Below, in pieces: positions 9,607-18,764 of a DNA stretch of 32,610 nt. The stretch comes from Candidatus Hydrogenedentota bacterium (lineage in GTDB: Bacteria; Hydrogenedentota; Hydrogenedentia; Hydrogenedentales; SLHB01). The position numbers were made by a program, and so were the translations under genes. The stretch's first letter is position 1. Each line of letters opens with the position of its first letter. The DNA is taken from contig JAWXCN010000054.1 in the NCBI GenBank assembly GCA_034408725.1, forward strand, positions 1-32,610, given 5' to 3'. The notes below the pieces were generated by a model. The model did no database searches, was not told the DNA's origin, and saw only the letters and a program-made list of their open reading frames with translations.

Positions 9607-10281
9607 TCAAACGGCGGCGCGCGCCGCGCGCACCCGCTCCAGCAGTTCCCGCAAGCTGCAGGACGCGAGCGAATCGAGCACGAGGTTTGCGTGTTGCCAT
9701 TCCAAGGACGCAGTGACCCGGTTGGGCACAGCCACGGAGAAAATACCCGCCCGGTTAGCGGCAAGCACGCCGTTCGGCGAGTCTTCCAGCACGATGGCGC
9801 GGTCCGGCTGAACGTCAAGCGTGCGCAAGGCCAGTTCAAAAAGGTCGGGATGCGGTTTTGCGTGAACGACGTCTTCCACGGTATGGATGCAGGAAAACCG
9901 GTGAGCGATTCCGAGGCGTTCGAGGTGCCCTTCGACCCAGTCCCGCGTGGCGCTGGATGCAACGGCGAGCTTGATGCCATCACAGTCGGCATGGTCCAAG
10001 TAGTCCATGATTCCCGGGCGTACAGACTCAGCAAAGACCAGCGCGTGAAAACGTTCGCGATGCCGCGCTCGCAGAGAGTCGCCGTGAACGGCCCGTCCCA
10101 GAAGGGATTCGAGGTGACCGATGGGATTGAAGACGCCCGACCGTTGGCCGATGCACATCGACCAGACATCGAGGGCAAGTTCGACGCCGTGCTCCGTGAA
10201 AAATTCCTGCCACGCGTCGTATTCCGCCGTTTCCGTGTCGAGAATGAGGCCGTCGAAATCGAAAATGATCGCGTCAATCAT
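9607..10281 (-). CDS. HAD-IA family phosphatase (beta-PGM/CbbY-like)
   Basis: IIFDFDGLILDTE, AVASS, KPHPD, VLEDSPNGVLAA. Confidence 0.92.
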   Translation of the reverse strand: MIDAIIFDFDGLILDTETAEYDAWQEFFTEHGVELALDVWSMCIGQRSGVFNPIGHLESLLGRAVHGDSLRARHRERFHALVFAESVRPGIMDYLDHADCDGIKLAVASSATRDWVEGHLERLGIAHRFSCIHTVEDVVHAKPHPDLFELALRTLDVQPDRAIVLEDSPNGVLAANRAGIFSVAVPNRVTASLEWQHANLVLDSLASCSLRELLERVRAARAAV

Positions 10282-10296
10282 ATTGCTTATGCGCCG

Positions 10297-11793
10297 TCAT
10301 TTTTTTCCAGAGAGTGAGCCGAGTATGCCGCGCAGCAGCGAGCGGCCAAACTGGTTGCCGAGCGCCCGCGCCGCGCTTTTGGCCATGGCTTCGACAACGC
10401 CTTCGCGCCGCCTTCCACTAGAGCCTTGCGGACCTTTAATCAATTCGTCAAGGAAGCTGCCGTCGCCGTTGGCGGTCTTCTTCGATTCGCGAACAGGTTT
10501 GGTGGTTTCCGCGGCCAGTTCCGCGCGGACTTTCAAGAGTTCATACGCCGACTCGCGATCAACGTTTTGCTCGTAGACGCCCGCGACCAGCGATTGCTGC
10601 ATCAGCGCGGCTCGTTTTTCGTCATCAAGGGAGCCGATGTGGCCGCAGGGAGGAACAATGAATGCGCGTTCGACAATGCTGGGCTTGCCGGATTTGTCCA
10701 GGAATTGCACGAGGGCTTCGCCAACGCTCAATTCCGTGATCGCGGTTTCCTCGTCGAGCACAGGATTGTCGCGCATGGTTTCCGCGGCCGCGCGCACCGC
10801 TTTCTGGTCGCGTGGCGAGTAGGCGCGCAACGCGTGCTGGACGCGGTTGCCGAGTTGGGAAAGTACTTTGTCCGGAATATCCGCGGGGTTCTGCGTAATA
10901 AAGAATACGCCAACGCCTTTGGACCGTATCAGGCGCACTACCAGTTCGATTTTGTCGACCAACGCTTCCGGCGCATCTTCAAAGAGCAGGTGCGCTTCGT
11001 CGAAGAAGAAAACGAGCTTTGGCTTGTCCAGGTCGCCTACTTCGGGAAGGTTCTCGAAGAGTTCCGACAACAGCCACAGCAGGAACGTGGCATAGACTTT
11101 TGGAGACGACATCAGGCGATCAGCCGAGAGGATGTTGATAACGCCGTTGCTGTCATGGGTCTGTATGAGATCGGCGTAGTTGAGCATGGGTTCGCCGAAG
11201 AATATATCGGCGCCTTGGGATTCCAGAGAAAGCAGCGTACGTTGAATGGCGCCAACGCTGGCCGTCGATACATTGCCGTATTTCGTGGTAATTGCGCGCG
11301 CGTTTTCGCCGGTGAACTGGACGAGTGAGCGGAGGTCTTTCAAATCTAACAATAGTAGGCCTTCATCGTCCGCGAGTTTGAATGCGATGTTCAGAACGCC
11401 GGCTTGGGTGTCGTTCAGATTCAGCATGCGCGAAAGGAGCAACGGCCCCATGTCGGAGACAGTAGCTCGTGCCGGGTGCCCGCGTTCGCCGAAGCAGTCC
11501 CAGAACGTAACGGGGAAACCTTCGTATGTGTGATCGGCAATACCGAGTAATTGAAGGCGTTCGGTGACTTTCGCGTGATCGCCGCCCGGTTCGGCGATGC
11601 CGGCGAGATCGCCTTTGACGTCGGACATGAAACACGGGACACCAATGCGCGAGAACTGCTCCGCGATACGCTGTAAGGTGACTGTTTTACCTGTGCCGGT
11701 CGCGCCGGTGATCAATCCGTGCCGGTTCGCCATTGCAGGCAGGAGATTCAATTCGAGACTGGAATTCTTTGCAATGAGCAGTGAATCGGTCAT
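10297..11793 (-). CDS. yjgR: DUF853 / HerA-like P-loop ATPase (YjgR family)
   Basis: [16 protein letters not shown] (Walker A), [16 protein letters not shown] (Walker B), [18 protein letters not shown], ending [15 protein letters not shown]-like spacer not required; SD-like GAAAGA upstream. Confidence 0.92.
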   Translation of the reverse strand: MTDSLLIAKNSSLELNLLPAMANRHGLITGATGTGKTVTLQRIAEQFSRIGVPCFMSDVKGDLAGIAEPGGDHAKVTERLQLLGIADHTYEGFPVTFWDCFGERGHPARATVSDMGPLLLSRMLNLNDTQAGVLNIAFKLADDEGLLLLDLKDLRSLVQFTGENARAITTKYGNVSTASVGAIQRTLLSLESQGADIFFGEPMLNYADLIQTHDSNGVINILSADRLMSSPKVYATFLLWLLSELFENLPEVGDLDKPKLVFFFDEAHLLFEDAPEALVDKIELVVRLIRSKGVGVFFITQNPADIPDKVLSQLGNRVQHALRAYSPRDQKAVRAAAETMRDNPVLDEETAITELSVGEALVQFLDKSGKPSIVERAFIVPPCGHIGSLDDEKRAALMQQSLVAGVYEQNVDRESAYELLKVRAELAAETTKPVRESKKTANGDGSFLDELIKGPQGSSGRRREGVVEAMAKSAARALGNQFGRSLLRGILGSLSGKK

Positions 11794-11814
11794 GAAGGAG
11801 TCTTTCTATCGGGT

Positions 11815-12768
11815 TTACGGAATTGATGTGCCGCGCAACATGCCCAACACTGCCCACGCGCTACCCGCGCAGGTTATGGGAGTGAGGTTGATTGCCGGTT
11901 TTCCGTTTGTTTCATTCGGGCGCGAGGTCATCGGCCATGAGCCGTCTTCACGCTGGGTTTGGAGAAGAAAAGCAATTGCGCGCGCTGAGGCCGGATGTCT
12001 ATTGCCACAACGGGCGCTGGCGAGCGCGTATAACGCCTGACCAGTGGCGTAGGCATCGCTTGGCATTTCGGGGGCTTGAGACCAGCCGCCGTCCGGATTC
12101 TGATGATCGACAATGGCATCCATCAGAGGTACAAGCGCGGCAGGTTCCGCGCCCTTTCGCGCAGCCAGCAACAGTATTAGCGCGCGGCGTTGCGCGTCGT
12201 CCGGCACAGGTTGCGCACTGAGCCATGCGTCAGCTTTGGCTATGGCAGGTTCAAGTTCCGGAAACGCGGCGGACCGGAGCGCTATCTGCGTCAACAACGA
12301 TCCCGCAACGCTGTCCGCGAGGATAGGTTTAATTCCTTCGGGCAAACAAGTCCAGGAACCATCCTCGCCTTGTTGTGAAACCAGGTGATCGGTCATAGCT
12401 TTAAGGGCAGGATTTGCGTTGCCCGCGGTGACGCCCAGGGTGGTGTAGGCCGCGGCAAGCGTTACCTGGTTTCGGCCATCCGCGGGAATGATTTTTCCCT
12501 GGTCGTCTTCGGTGAGCACCCAATGCGTCATTTCGGTGAGGGCTACTTCGTTGATGGTGAAGCCAAACGACTTTGCTTCGTTCAGGGTCCAAATTGCCAT
12601 CGGAACGTGATGACAAGAGGCGCAGTCATATTCTTTTTTCCAGCGAAGCCCTTCGTTTTGAACGAAGAGGATTCCTTTCTCGATTGCGGGGCGGCTGGAT
12701 TCGACCAGTGGCGCGGACGATAGCGAGGCTTGTACAGCAAACCCGGCAAGTATTGTGAGAAATAACAT
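11815..12768 (-). CDS. Secreted prenyltransferase/squalene-cyclase (QW) repeat protein with an N-terminal CxxCH motif
   Basis: Hydrophobic N-terminus, CASCHH, and repeats QQGEDGSW, HQNPDGGW and TQREDGSW. SD AAAGGA upstream. Confidence 0.82.
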   Translation of the reverse strand: MLFLTILAGFAVQASLSSAPLVESSRPAIEKGILFVQNEGLRWKKEYDCASCHHVPMAIWTLNEAKSFGFTINEVALTEMTHWVLTEDDQGKIIPADGRNQVTLAAAYTTLGVTAGNANPALKAMTDHLVSQQGEDGSWTCLPEGIKPILADSVAGSLLTQIALRSAAFPELEPAIAKADAWLSAQPVPDDAQRRALILLLAARKGAEPAALVPLMDAIVDHQNPDGGWSQAPEMPSDAYATGQALYALASARCGNRHPASARAIAFLLQTQREDGSWPMTSRPNETNGKPAINLTPITCAGSAWAVLGMLRGTSIP

Positions 12769-12784
12769 CGCTGCAATCCTTTTA

Positions 12785-14128
12785 TCAGGCCGTCCGCAAA
12801 TCCTGCACGGCTATAATGTAGCCTTCAATTTTATTGTCCGTCAGTTCGTTGGAGCCGGTGTCCTTGCCCAGCCGGATACCGATGCGGGATGCCGGCCCGC
12901 GCGTTTCCTTGACGATGTTTCGCGCAAGGATATTCGCACCAGTGACGCCTTGGACGTCTATGCCGACTCCATCGTCGCCTCCGCTGTCAGTGATTTGGTT
13001 GTCCTCGAATCGATTGTTTTGCGCGGTGTACCCCTCGCCACGTTCAGGGCGAAACAAAATTCCCGCCTTGCCGCTGCGGAATACGGTGTTGTTGCGCACG
13101 AGATTTTCGTTGTCGCGATGACCAATCGAGATGCCGTAATCGCGGTTGTCTTCAATATTGTTTTTCTCCGCGAGGCCGTACTTGACACCCCAGCAGAAGA
13201 AAATTCCGATGCCATTTTTGTAGACATGGTTGCCGTGAATCAGCGGGCGTTGCGACCCGGAGCCCGGATGCAAACCGAGGTCCTTGTTATCGTGGCAAAT
13301 GCAGTTCTCGACCTCGACGTCATGGCAAATCTGCCAACTGATGCCGTCGCCGTTGTTGTTGCGCGCGGTTACGCCGCGAATGACGATGCGGCTACAATCC
13401 TGAAACCAGATGCATCCGCCGTAGTTTCCATCAAGGTAGGCGTTGTTGTCCTTGTCGCCGTCAATTACTAGATTCTCGATGTGCATATCGGTCATGTGTT
13501 CGGCGGTGATGAGGGGAAAAATGCTTGTCGCGGTTGGTTCTTGTTCCGTCCAAAAGTTTTCCCGGAGTGCTTTGTCGAGTTTGAATCGGCTACCGCTTCG
13601 CGCAACAAGCGTACGCTTGAGGACATCGGCGCCGCCCGTGTGAGGATTGGATGTGCGCAAGCACACGCCATCGCCCACGCGAAATCCGGAGGCATCCGCC
13701 AGGGTGATTTCCTGATCGTACCAGTCCGAGTCAAGAGCGAGTTTTGTTTCTACGGATGGTTCTTTGAGCAGGATGGTTTTCATGCCACTGCCAACGAGGC
13801 GCACGTTGGAGTGGAGGAACACGGAATTCCGCAAACGGTACGTGCCGGGAAGGATTGTGACCGTGCCGCCGCCAAGGCGTGCGACGTAATCGATACCGGC
13901 CTGGATCACTTTCTCATTGGCGCCCACAAGATCGGCGTCGCGCGCGCCTACGGTGATACTCGCGCGCTCGTCCCATGTCGGCTCGATGCGTGAATCCCCC
14001 GATGTCGCCCGCGGTGCGGTTACCGTTGGCCGATCATCGGCGGCAACAATTGCGGCGGTTATGGCGGAGAGACCTGTAGCGCGCAACATTTCGCGGCGCG
14101 TCCACGGTTTGGATGGCAAACTTTGCAT
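12785..14128 (-). CDS. Tat-exported right-handed beta-helix (pectin lyase fold) protein
   Basis: ATG 14128 follows AGGAGG. Twin-arginine signal TRREML. IQAGID...GGGTVTILPGTY, then Asn/Gly-rich beta-helix repeats (NNNGDGI, DNKDLGL, DNRDYGI). Confidence 0.88.
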   Translation of the reverse strand: MQSLPSKPWTRREMLRATGLSAITAAIVAADDRPTVTAPRATSGDSRIEPTWDERASITVGARDADLVGANEKVIQAGIDYVARLGGGTVTILPGTYRLRNSVFLHSNVRLVGSGMKTILLKEPSVETKLALDSDWYDQEITLADASGFRVGDGVCLRTSNPHTGGADVLKRTLVARSGSRFKLDKALRENFWTEQEPTATSIFPLITAEHMTDMHIENLVIDGDKDNNAYLDGNYGGCIWFQDCSRIVIRGVTARNNNGDGISWQICHDVEVENCICHDNKDLGLHPGSGSQRPLIHGNHVYKNGIGIFFCWGVKYGLAEKNNIEDNRDYGISIGHRDNENLVRNNTVFRSGKAGILFRPERGEGYTAQNNRFEDNQITDSGGDDGVGIDVQGVTGANILARNIVKETRGPASRIGIRLGKDTGSNELTDNKIEGYIIAVQDLRTA

Positions 14129-14209
14129 GGCGGCGAAGCCTCCTGAACCCTTTCCACTCTCGTTTAGCATACCGGAAGGAGGGTTCCCGTGCGATTTTAT
14201 GATTGCGGT

Positions 14210-14218
14210 TGTTATACT
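14210..14218 (+). promoter_or_regulatory. Extended -10 promoter element TGnTATACT in the divergent spacer
   Basis: TG-T-TATACT at 14210-14218, 10 nt upstream of the GT2 ATG at 14229. Confidence 0.45.
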
Positions 14219-14228
14219 TCCTGCCGCC

Positions 14229-15542
14229 ATGGGGAACCCGCTTGTACACGTACTCGTCATTAACTGGAACGGCAAGGAACACCTTGAAGCGTGTTTCGAT
14301 TCGTTGCTCGAGCAGACCTTTGCGTCCGTCCGGTTCGTGTTAGTCGATAATGCAAGCACGGATGGATCGGTTGAGTTCGTGCGCATGCGCTACGGTCATG
14401 ATCCGCGCGTAACTGTCCTCGAATGTGGCTCGAATCTGGGTTGGTCCCGCGGCAACAACGCGGGTATTGAGCGTGCGCTTGCGGAGGGCGCGGATTACGT
14501 TTTCCTGCTTAATAACGACACGGCTGTCGCTCCGGATACCGTGGAACGTTTGGTGGCGTTTGCCGAGGCCCGTCCTAATGCCGGAGCGATTGCCCCGAAA
14601 ATGCTGCTGTTCGATCAACCGTGGATCCTTAATTCTCTTGGCATTGCGTGTTCGCCGATCGGAAGCGCCTGGGACGTAGGCCTTGGGCGCTTGGACGGAC
14701 CCGGTTGGCAGTCGCCTCAGCCTGTACTCGGAGTATGTGGCGGAGCAATGTTTCTGCGCGCGGCTGCGTTGCGCATCTCGGGTTATCTCCCTGATGATTT
14801 CGAAATCTACCTTGATGATTTGGACCTGTGTCTGCGGATTTGGGACGCGGGTTACTCATGCTGGTCATGTCCTGATGCGGCAGTGCGCCACAAGTTTAGC
14901 GCGACCATGGGACAGGGCGCGCGCGCGCGGCATAAATACTATTTGAACACCCGTAACCGGCTCCGTCTAATGTTGCGGAACTTTCCCCGCAAAAGACTTC
15001 CAGGTTGCATTGTCCGCTATGCGATTGGCGAAGTCCGATCTATAGGCCGCGCCTTGATCAACGGAGAGCTGTGGAAATCGTTCGCCCATGTGCGGTCATG
15101 GGCGGCAACGCTCGATTCGTTGCCCCGAATCTTCAAGTATCGCCGGAAACTAATTTTGGCGCCAGGGGCGTTTTGGCCGCACATCTCCCATGACGCCGAT
15201 TTTTTTCCGGGTATCGAGTTACCCATTGATGGTTGGTACACTGCGCGGCGCCACAATGGCGATCTTGTGAGGCCAATCTCCCAGCGCGCATGGATTCGCG
15301 TTACGGATGGCCGGTTGAGGGTAAGGCATGTGAATTGTTATCCTCACCTTGGCGCGACCTGCGTGGATATATGCAACAACGGCCAAAAACTTGCCACACT
15401 CGCCACGGTTGATTTAGAAATAGCAGAGTTCGATGTGGAAGGGGGAGAGGTGTCCTTTGAATCGCGCCATATCTACGAGGCGGAAACGACCGGTGACACC
15501 ATTGATGCCGGAGGTTGGATTAATTGCGAATCCGCGTCATAA
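14229..15542 (+). CDS. GT2 glycosyltransferase with a C-terminal extension
   Basis: VLVINWNG, LVDNASTDGS, NLGWSRGNNAG, LLNNDT, YLDDLDLCLR. The ORF-track extension back to 13917 overlaps the opposite-strand gene and is not used. Confidence 0.9.
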   Translation: MGNPLVHVLVINWNGKEHLEACFDSLLEQTFASVRFVLVDNASTDGSVEFVRMRYGHDPRVTVLECGSNLGWSRGNNAGIERALAEGADYVFLLNNDTAVAPDTVERLVAFAEARPNAGAIAPKMLLFDQPWILNSLGIACSPIGSAWDVGLGRLDGPGWQSPQPVLGVCGGAMFLRAAALRISGYLPDDFEIYLDDLDLCLRIWDAGYSCWSCPDAAVRHKFSATMGQGARARHKYYLNTRNRLRLMLRNFPRKRLPGCIVRYAIGEVRSIGRALINGELWKSFAHVRSWAATLDSLPRIFKYRRKLILAPGAFWPHISHDADFFPGIELPIDGWYTARRHNGDLVRPISQRAWIRVTDGRLRVRHVNCYPHLGATCVDICNNGQKLATLATVDLEIAEFDVEGGEVSFESRHIYEAETTGDTIDAGGWINCESAS

Positions 15543-15572
15543 CGCTTCCACTCGCGAACACGGATTGCTGTC

Positions 15573-16442
15573 ATGGCCGATGCTGCCCTAATGGAATCTC
15601 TCATCGAATTGAAGGCGCTCATTGAGTCGGCGTTGCTGGAACGATTACCGAGCGCCGACTCCGAACCACGGGACATCCATGCCGCGATGCACTATGCGGT
15701 GATGAGCGGTGGGAAACGCCTGCGGCCAACTCTCGCACTGGCCGTTGCCGAACTCGGGAACGCCGGCCCGCATCAAGTGTTGGATGCGGCATGCGCGATT
15801 GAATTCGTGCATACCGCTTCGCTGATTCTCGACGACCTTCCGGCGATGGACAATGCAGATTTCCGGCGTTCACAACCGTCTGTACACGTAGTGTACGGGG
15901 AAGCGACGGCGATTCTCGCCGCATTGGCTTTATTGGCGGAGGCATATGCGCTCACGGCGAGAAACGCCAAGGAACTGATGTCCGCGGAGGGTGTGGCAGA
16001 CGTTATTGAAACCTTGTCGCGCACAATTGGTACGGCCGGGCTTATCCGCGGGCAGCATGTCGATCTCACATCAACTGCGAGCGAGGTATCGCCCGAAATT
16101 TTGGATGAGACCTATCGTCAAAAGGCCGCAGTGCTCTTTCAGGCGGCAATCGCGATTCCGGCCAAACTGATTGGCATGGACGAACAACAGCAGGCGGCGC
16201 TTGAAGTGTACGCGACGCAGATCGGGGTGGCGTTTCAAATCACCGACGATATAATCGATGGGGAACACGGCACGGCGGAAGACGCACATAAATGCACGTT
16301 CAACACGATTCTGGGAGAGGCTGGCGCGCGCCGCAAAGCGTCCGAGTTGGTATTCAATGCAACGGGCGCCCTGCAGATTTTCGGCGATCGGGGGACGCAA
16401 TTACGCATGATTGCTGAGTATGTCGCGACGCGGGCGCAGTGA
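15573..16442 (+). CDS. Polyprenyl diphosphate synthase, CrtE/GGPP synthase-like
   Basis: GGKRLRP, first Asp-rich motif HTASLILDDLPAMD...RR, GQHVD, second motif FQITDDIID. Confidence 0.9.
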   Translation: MADAALMESLIELKALIESALLERLPSADSEPRDIHAAMHYAVMSGGKRLRPTLALAVAELGNAGPHQVLDAACAIEFVHTASLILDDLPAMDNADFRRSQPSVHVVYGEATAILAALALLAEAYALTARNAKELMSAEGVADVIETLSRTIGTAGLIRGQHVDLTSTASEVSPEILDETYRQKAAVLFQAAIAIPAKLIGMDEQQQAALEVYATQIGVAFQITDDIIDGEHGTAEDAHKCTFNTILGEAGARRKASELVFNATGALQIFGDRGTQLRMIAEYVATRAQ

Positions 16443-18744
16443 ATTCAAAGGCATTGTACCGCTGGTCCTCATCGCCATTGTTGTTGTAATTTGTGCCGGG
16501 GCGCTGGGGGGATGGCTTGGATCGCAAAAGACTACCCCCACGGCGAGCGTTGAACCGGAGCGGCCGGTAACTGCCGACACACCTACGTCTCCGGCAAGCG
16601 AACCCGTTGCTGAACGCCCGAGGTTTATACCACCGCTCTATTTTTATAGCAGCATTCAACCGGGGTCGGATATCGAAGCTGTAGCCGCCGAAGTGAAAAT
16701 GGCCGCGGCGGCGGGAGTACACCGGCTCATCCTTCGCATACCGTTTCCCTGGCCCGAACACGGTCCTGATATGAATGCAGTGTTTTATCCATTGGACCGT
16801 ATCGAACAGGAAAATCCGGATGCGGAAATTTTTTTATCCGTTTCGCTGAATCCGCCTGAGGACTGGTTGACGTCACACGCCGACGACGCGGCAACGGCGG
16901 AGCAGGGCACACCAGCGTACCCGAGCATTGGGTCGGATGCCTGGACTGCCGATTGCAAGATGGCGCTCACCGATTTGCTTTATCACATCGAAACGTCCGG
17001 GCGCGGCGAACGTATCAAGGGTTTTGTGCTGGGCGCTTTGGAAGACAACCGGTGGAGCCAAGCAGTCGAGTACGACACGTCTCCCGCGAACATCGCGGGA
17101 TTCAGGGCGTGGTTGCGGACCGTGTACCCTGATGAAAGCGCGTTGCGCTTGGCGTGGGGGAATGCCAAACTCACTTTTGAGTCAGTGGAAGTTCCGCAAA
17201 AGCCAGACACTGGCGATCACGAGAACGTGTTTTTTTCAATTCCAGACGAACAGAACCAGATCGATTTTCTTCGCTATATTTCGGAAGCTACCGCGGATGT
17301 TATCGCGTCTCTCGCGGCGCACATTCATCAGACCGCCCGCCGGTATTTCACATTGTTCGTGCCGTACGGGCACTCGCTGGAACTTCTGGCCAATAATTCC
17401 GGACACAACGCTCTTGGCTTGATTTTGGAAGATGAAATCGACGGGTTTATCAGTCCGGTGTCATACGTAGATCGTGGAATAGGCGGGGCAGGCGGTTTTA
17501 TGGGACCGGTCCACAGTGCGCGCTACCATTCCCGGCAATGGATCATCGTCGATGACACTCGTACGGGCATCTCCCGCAACGCGGAGACGGACGCCGTGGA
17601 ACGGCTTGAGGGACTACGTACCGAGGACGTTCTGCGGGTCCAGCGGCGCAACTACGCCGCCGCGATGCTTAATGGCCTCGGGCTTGCCTGGGCCGATATG
17701 GAGGGTTCAGGGCTTTTGTTCGAACCGCGCATTTGGGAATCTTTCAACGGCATGCGCGAAGCCTACGAAACAACCTGGAATATGCCGGGGGCTCCCCGCC
17801 AAGGGGAATTCGTCGCGTATGCAACACCGGAGAAAAAAGTTACCCTCATGATCGTGGCCGATGAACGCAGCCGGTTTTTTCAACGATGCGATACTCCACT
17901 GAATGAATTGCTCTTGCGCTATGCGCCGGACGCCGCGTTGCGGGTGGGTGTGCCGACGCAGTTTTGCCTATTACAGGACGTACTCGACGGTCATGCAGCG
18001 CCGGCTTCGGTTTATCTTTTTCTTAACGCATTCCAACTGCACGATGAGGACCGCGAACGATTGCGGGGCATACTTATTGCCAACAGCGCCGCGGCAATAT
18101 GGATGTACGCGCCCGGATATTTTGACCAGGACGCATCGGCCGGGAATGTCGCGGCAACGACTGGATTGAAGGTTCGTAGCTTTGATGGACCTGCCAGGGC
18201 GGGGTCCACATTCCAACTTTCCGGTGGACGTTACCTGAAAAAAGGGCAGGAATTTGGAGAACCCACACGCTGGGCGCCACTTTTTTATTTAGACATACCA
18301 GAGTCCAAGGTTTTGGCCAGGTATCGGGAATCCGAGCGCGCAAGCGTAGGCATCGAGTTTTTTGAGGAAGGCTGGGCATCTGTCTTTCTTGCCGAACCCA
18401 CCGTGACGGATGACCTCCTCCGCGAGATACTGGTAATACTCGAAAAATATGTGCTGTTCCGTCATGGCGCCAATGAGCATTCCAGCACCGCGCATTTTGG
18501 TCCGGGTGTCGTTGCCATCCATGCTTCCTCGGACGGTAGATGGCCCATCTACTTTGATGAACCGTTCGACGCAGTGGACATTCTGAATCCGGAAGTGGGC
18601 TGGTTAAATAAACTATACATTCCGCTCTCTGGTCGAATGGGCGACACGACGATATTGCGGCTTGCTCCAGCGGTATCTGATGAGCTACCGGAGGAAATTC
18701 CTTTGGATCCAACCCTTGAATCTGTAGTTAATAATAGCCAATAG
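16420..18744 (+). CDS. Membrane-anchored GH42/beta-galactosidase-like protein, possibly non-catalytic
   Basis: N-terminal TM helix and Pro/Thr linker. GH42-like FRAWLRTVY...LRLAWG...TFESVEVP segment, SPVSY..R..GG.G, DDTRT, and a trimerisation-like domain (YLFLNAF, WMYAPG). Confidence 0.72.
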   Translation: MSRRGRSEFKGIVPLVLIAIVVVICAGALGGWLGSQKTTPTASVEPERPVTADTPTSPASEPVAERPRFIPPLYFYSSIQPGSDIEAVAAEVKMAAAAGVHRLILRIPFPWPEHGPDMNAVFYPLDRIEQENPDAEIFLSVSLNPPEDWLTSHADDAATAEQGTPAYPSIGSDAWTADCKMALTDLLYHIETSGRGERIKGFVLGALEDNRWSQAVEYDTSPANIAGFRAWLRTVYPDESALRLAWGNAKLTFESVEVPQKPDTGDHENVFFSIPDEQNQIDFLRYISEATADVIASLAAHIHQTARRYFTLFVPYGHSLELLANNSGHNALGLILEDEIDGFISPVSYVDRGIGGAGGFMGPVHSARYHSRQWIIVDDTRTGISRNAETDAVERLEGLRTEDVLRVQRRNYAAAMLNGLGLAWADMEGSGLLFEPRIWESFNGMREAYETTWNMPGAPRQGEFVAYATPEKKVTLMIVADERSRFFQRCDTPLNELLLRYAPDAALRVGVPTQFCLLQDVLDGHAAPASVYLFLNAFQLHDEDRERLRGILIANSAAAIWMYAPGYFDQDASAGNVAATTGLKVRSFDGPARAGSTFQLSGGRYLKKGQEFGEPTRWAPLFYLDIPESKVLARYRESERASVGIEFFEEGWASVFLAEPTVTDDLLREILVILEKYVLFRHGANEHSSTAHFGPGVVAIHASSDGRWPIYFDEPFDAVDILNPEVGWLNKLYIPLSGRMGDTTILRLAPAVSDELPEEIPLDPTLESVVNNSQ

Positions 18745-18764
18745 AAAACAATTTGGGAACACAT

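Noticed and set aside
10426..11328. 300-aa plus-strand ORF
   Set aside because: Antisense shadow of the DUF853 ATPase, with no independent motifs or SD.
8638..11793. HerA-like ATPase with HAD genes as an anti-phage system
   Set aside because: The ATPase is the widespread DUF853/YjgR type, and no nuclease, SIR2 or other effector is adjacent.
12755..13993. 238-aa and 170-aa plus-strand ORFs with repetitive Val/Ala/Asp content
   Set aside because: Mirror of the periodic Asn/Gly/Ile codons of the beta-helix gene on the other strand.
13917..14386. Apparent 470-bp head-to-head overlap between the beta-helix ORF and the GT2 ORF
   Set aside because: Artefact of longest-ORF starts. Better starts at 14128 (SD plus Tat signal) and 14229 (GT2 domain start) leave a 100-bp divergent spacer.
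11815..16442. Possible hopanoid or terpene cluster (QW-repeat protein, GT2, prenyl synthase)
   Set aside because: The QW protein is about half the size of a squalene-hopene cyclase, lacks DxDD and appears exported. No squalene or phytoene synthase is present.
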